Part shown: in pieces, positions 37,667 through 38,397 of the stretch
How positions within the stretch are numbered: position 1 is the stretch's first letter
Layout: the number at the start of each line of letters is the position of its first letter
Source: a virus
Direction: 5' to 3' (one strand)
DNA length: 38,397 bases
Virus record (IMG/VR): IMGVR_UViG_3300010357_000254
Span: 1-38,397 of that record
The notes under the pieces: model-generated
What the model saw: only the letters and a program-made list of their open reading frames with translations
The model's database searches: none
What the model was told of the DNA's origin: nothing
Translations under genes and position numbers: made by a program

Positions 37667-38397
37667 ATGAAAATCACCGCCATCAAGACCTCCAACTTCA
37701 TCGGCGCCCGCGACGTCGACGTGAAACTCGCCAAGCCAATTTGCCTGTTCGCCGGCAAGAACTTCTCCGGCAAGTCCTCTCTGCAGGAGGCCGTGCGCAT
37801 GGCTCTCACCGGCGAAAGCGTCCGCGTGTCGCTCAAGAAGGAATACGGCCGCCTGATCACCGAAGGCCAGACCGTGGGATACGCCGTCGTCGAGCACGAC
37901 GGTCAGCAGTCCGCCATCACGCTGCCAAACGGCGCCCACGAGCACACCGGGAACGATCGCCTGCCGGCCGTCCTGCCCTACGTCCTGGACGCACAGCGAT
38001 TTTCAAGCCTGCCGGCCAATGATCGGCGCGCGTTCCTGTTTGGCCTGATGGGCCTGCGCACCGATGGCGATACCGTCGGCGGTCGCATGCTCGACAAGGG
38101 ATTTGACCCTCTCAAGGTTGACGAGATTCGGCCGCACCTGCGCGCCGGCTTCGACGCCGCTCACAAAGAGGCGCAAGCCAGGGCGCGTGACGCAAAAGCC
38201 ACATGGCGGGCGATTACCGGAGAGACTTACGGAAACGTCAAGGCTGCGACCTGGAAGGCCAACAAGCCGGCGCACGATGGTAACCGGGTGCGGCTGGAGC
38301 GCGAAGAACTGACCAGAGTCGCCGAGCAGATCGAGCGCGGCGCCGCCGACCTTGCTGTGATGCAATCCGCCGCCACGCGGCAGGCGCAGCAAAGCGA
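37667..38397 (+). CDS. Rad50/SbcC-like ABC ATPase, N-terminal part (open at window end; continues at 128..1133 of the circular unit)
   Basis: ATG 37667 lies 3 nt after the recT stop. MKITAIKTSNFIGARDVDVKLAKPICLFAGKNFSGKSS has Walker A at 37754-37777. No stop before the window end. Confidence 0.75.
   Translation, partial: MKITAIKTSNFIGARDVDVKLAKPICLFAGKNFSGKSSLQEAVRMALTGESVRVSLKKEYGRLITEGQTVGYAVVEHDGQQSAITLPNGAHEHTGNDRLPAVLPYVLDAQRFSSLPANDRRAFLFGLMGLRTDGDTVGGRMLDKGFDPLKVDEIRPHLRAGFDAAHKEAQARARDAKATWRAITGETYGNVKAATWKANKPAHDGNRVRLEREELTRVAEQIERGAADLAVMQSAATRQAQQS
38271..38397. repeat. Contig-closure overlap, identical to 1-127
   Basis: See feature 1-127. Confidence 0.95.

Noticed and set aside
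1-38397. tRNA genes, attP/integrase module, toxin-antitoxin pair around the YdaS-like gene.
   Set aside because: I could find no cloverleaf-compatible segment with a T-arm consensus, and no tyrosine or serine recombinase motifs. The gene after the YdaS-like ORF is a Cys-rich zinc-finger protein rather than a YdaT-like partner.

Overview
This window is a complete, circularly closed phage genome. Bases 1-127 recur exactly at 38271-38397, so the unique unit is 38,270 bp. It is GC-rich by eye, with a few clearly AT-richer islands. The gene content is a mosaic of two parts. One is a P22-like podovirus morphogenesis module: TerS, TerL, portal, scaffold, P22-type coat, gp4-like adaptor, hub proteins, three ejection-type proteins, and repeat/collagen-like tail fibres. 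The other is a lambdoid early region. It holds a Cro/YdaS-like HTH, an O-like initiator with internal iteron arrays, a lambda-P-like loader and a VRR-NUC nuclease. It also holds a YqaJ exonuclease and RecT separated by an HNH homing endonuclease, and a Rad50/SbcC-like zinc-hook ATPase that spans the contig junction. All genes sit in two divergent arms that leave one control region (33932-34469) and converge at 8060-8138. The minus arm is about 26 kb with almost no intergenic space. The points most worth follow-up are listed here.
- Twin divergent promoters share one CACGTG-operator layout, with an orphan terminator and a 317-nt untranslated leader beside them.
- Four DNA methyltransferase genes plus a Lar-like protein are present, and one dam gene sits on an AT-rich cassette bounded by direct repeats.
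- A stem-loop-plus-SD cassette is repeated three times.
- A near-perfect 4 x 93 bp in-frame tandem repeat lies in a collagen-like fibre gene.
- A small membrane-protein gene is embedded on the opposite strand of the tail module.
I could not recognise an integrase, CI-type repressor, endolysin, tRNA, CRISPR array or reverse transcriptase.
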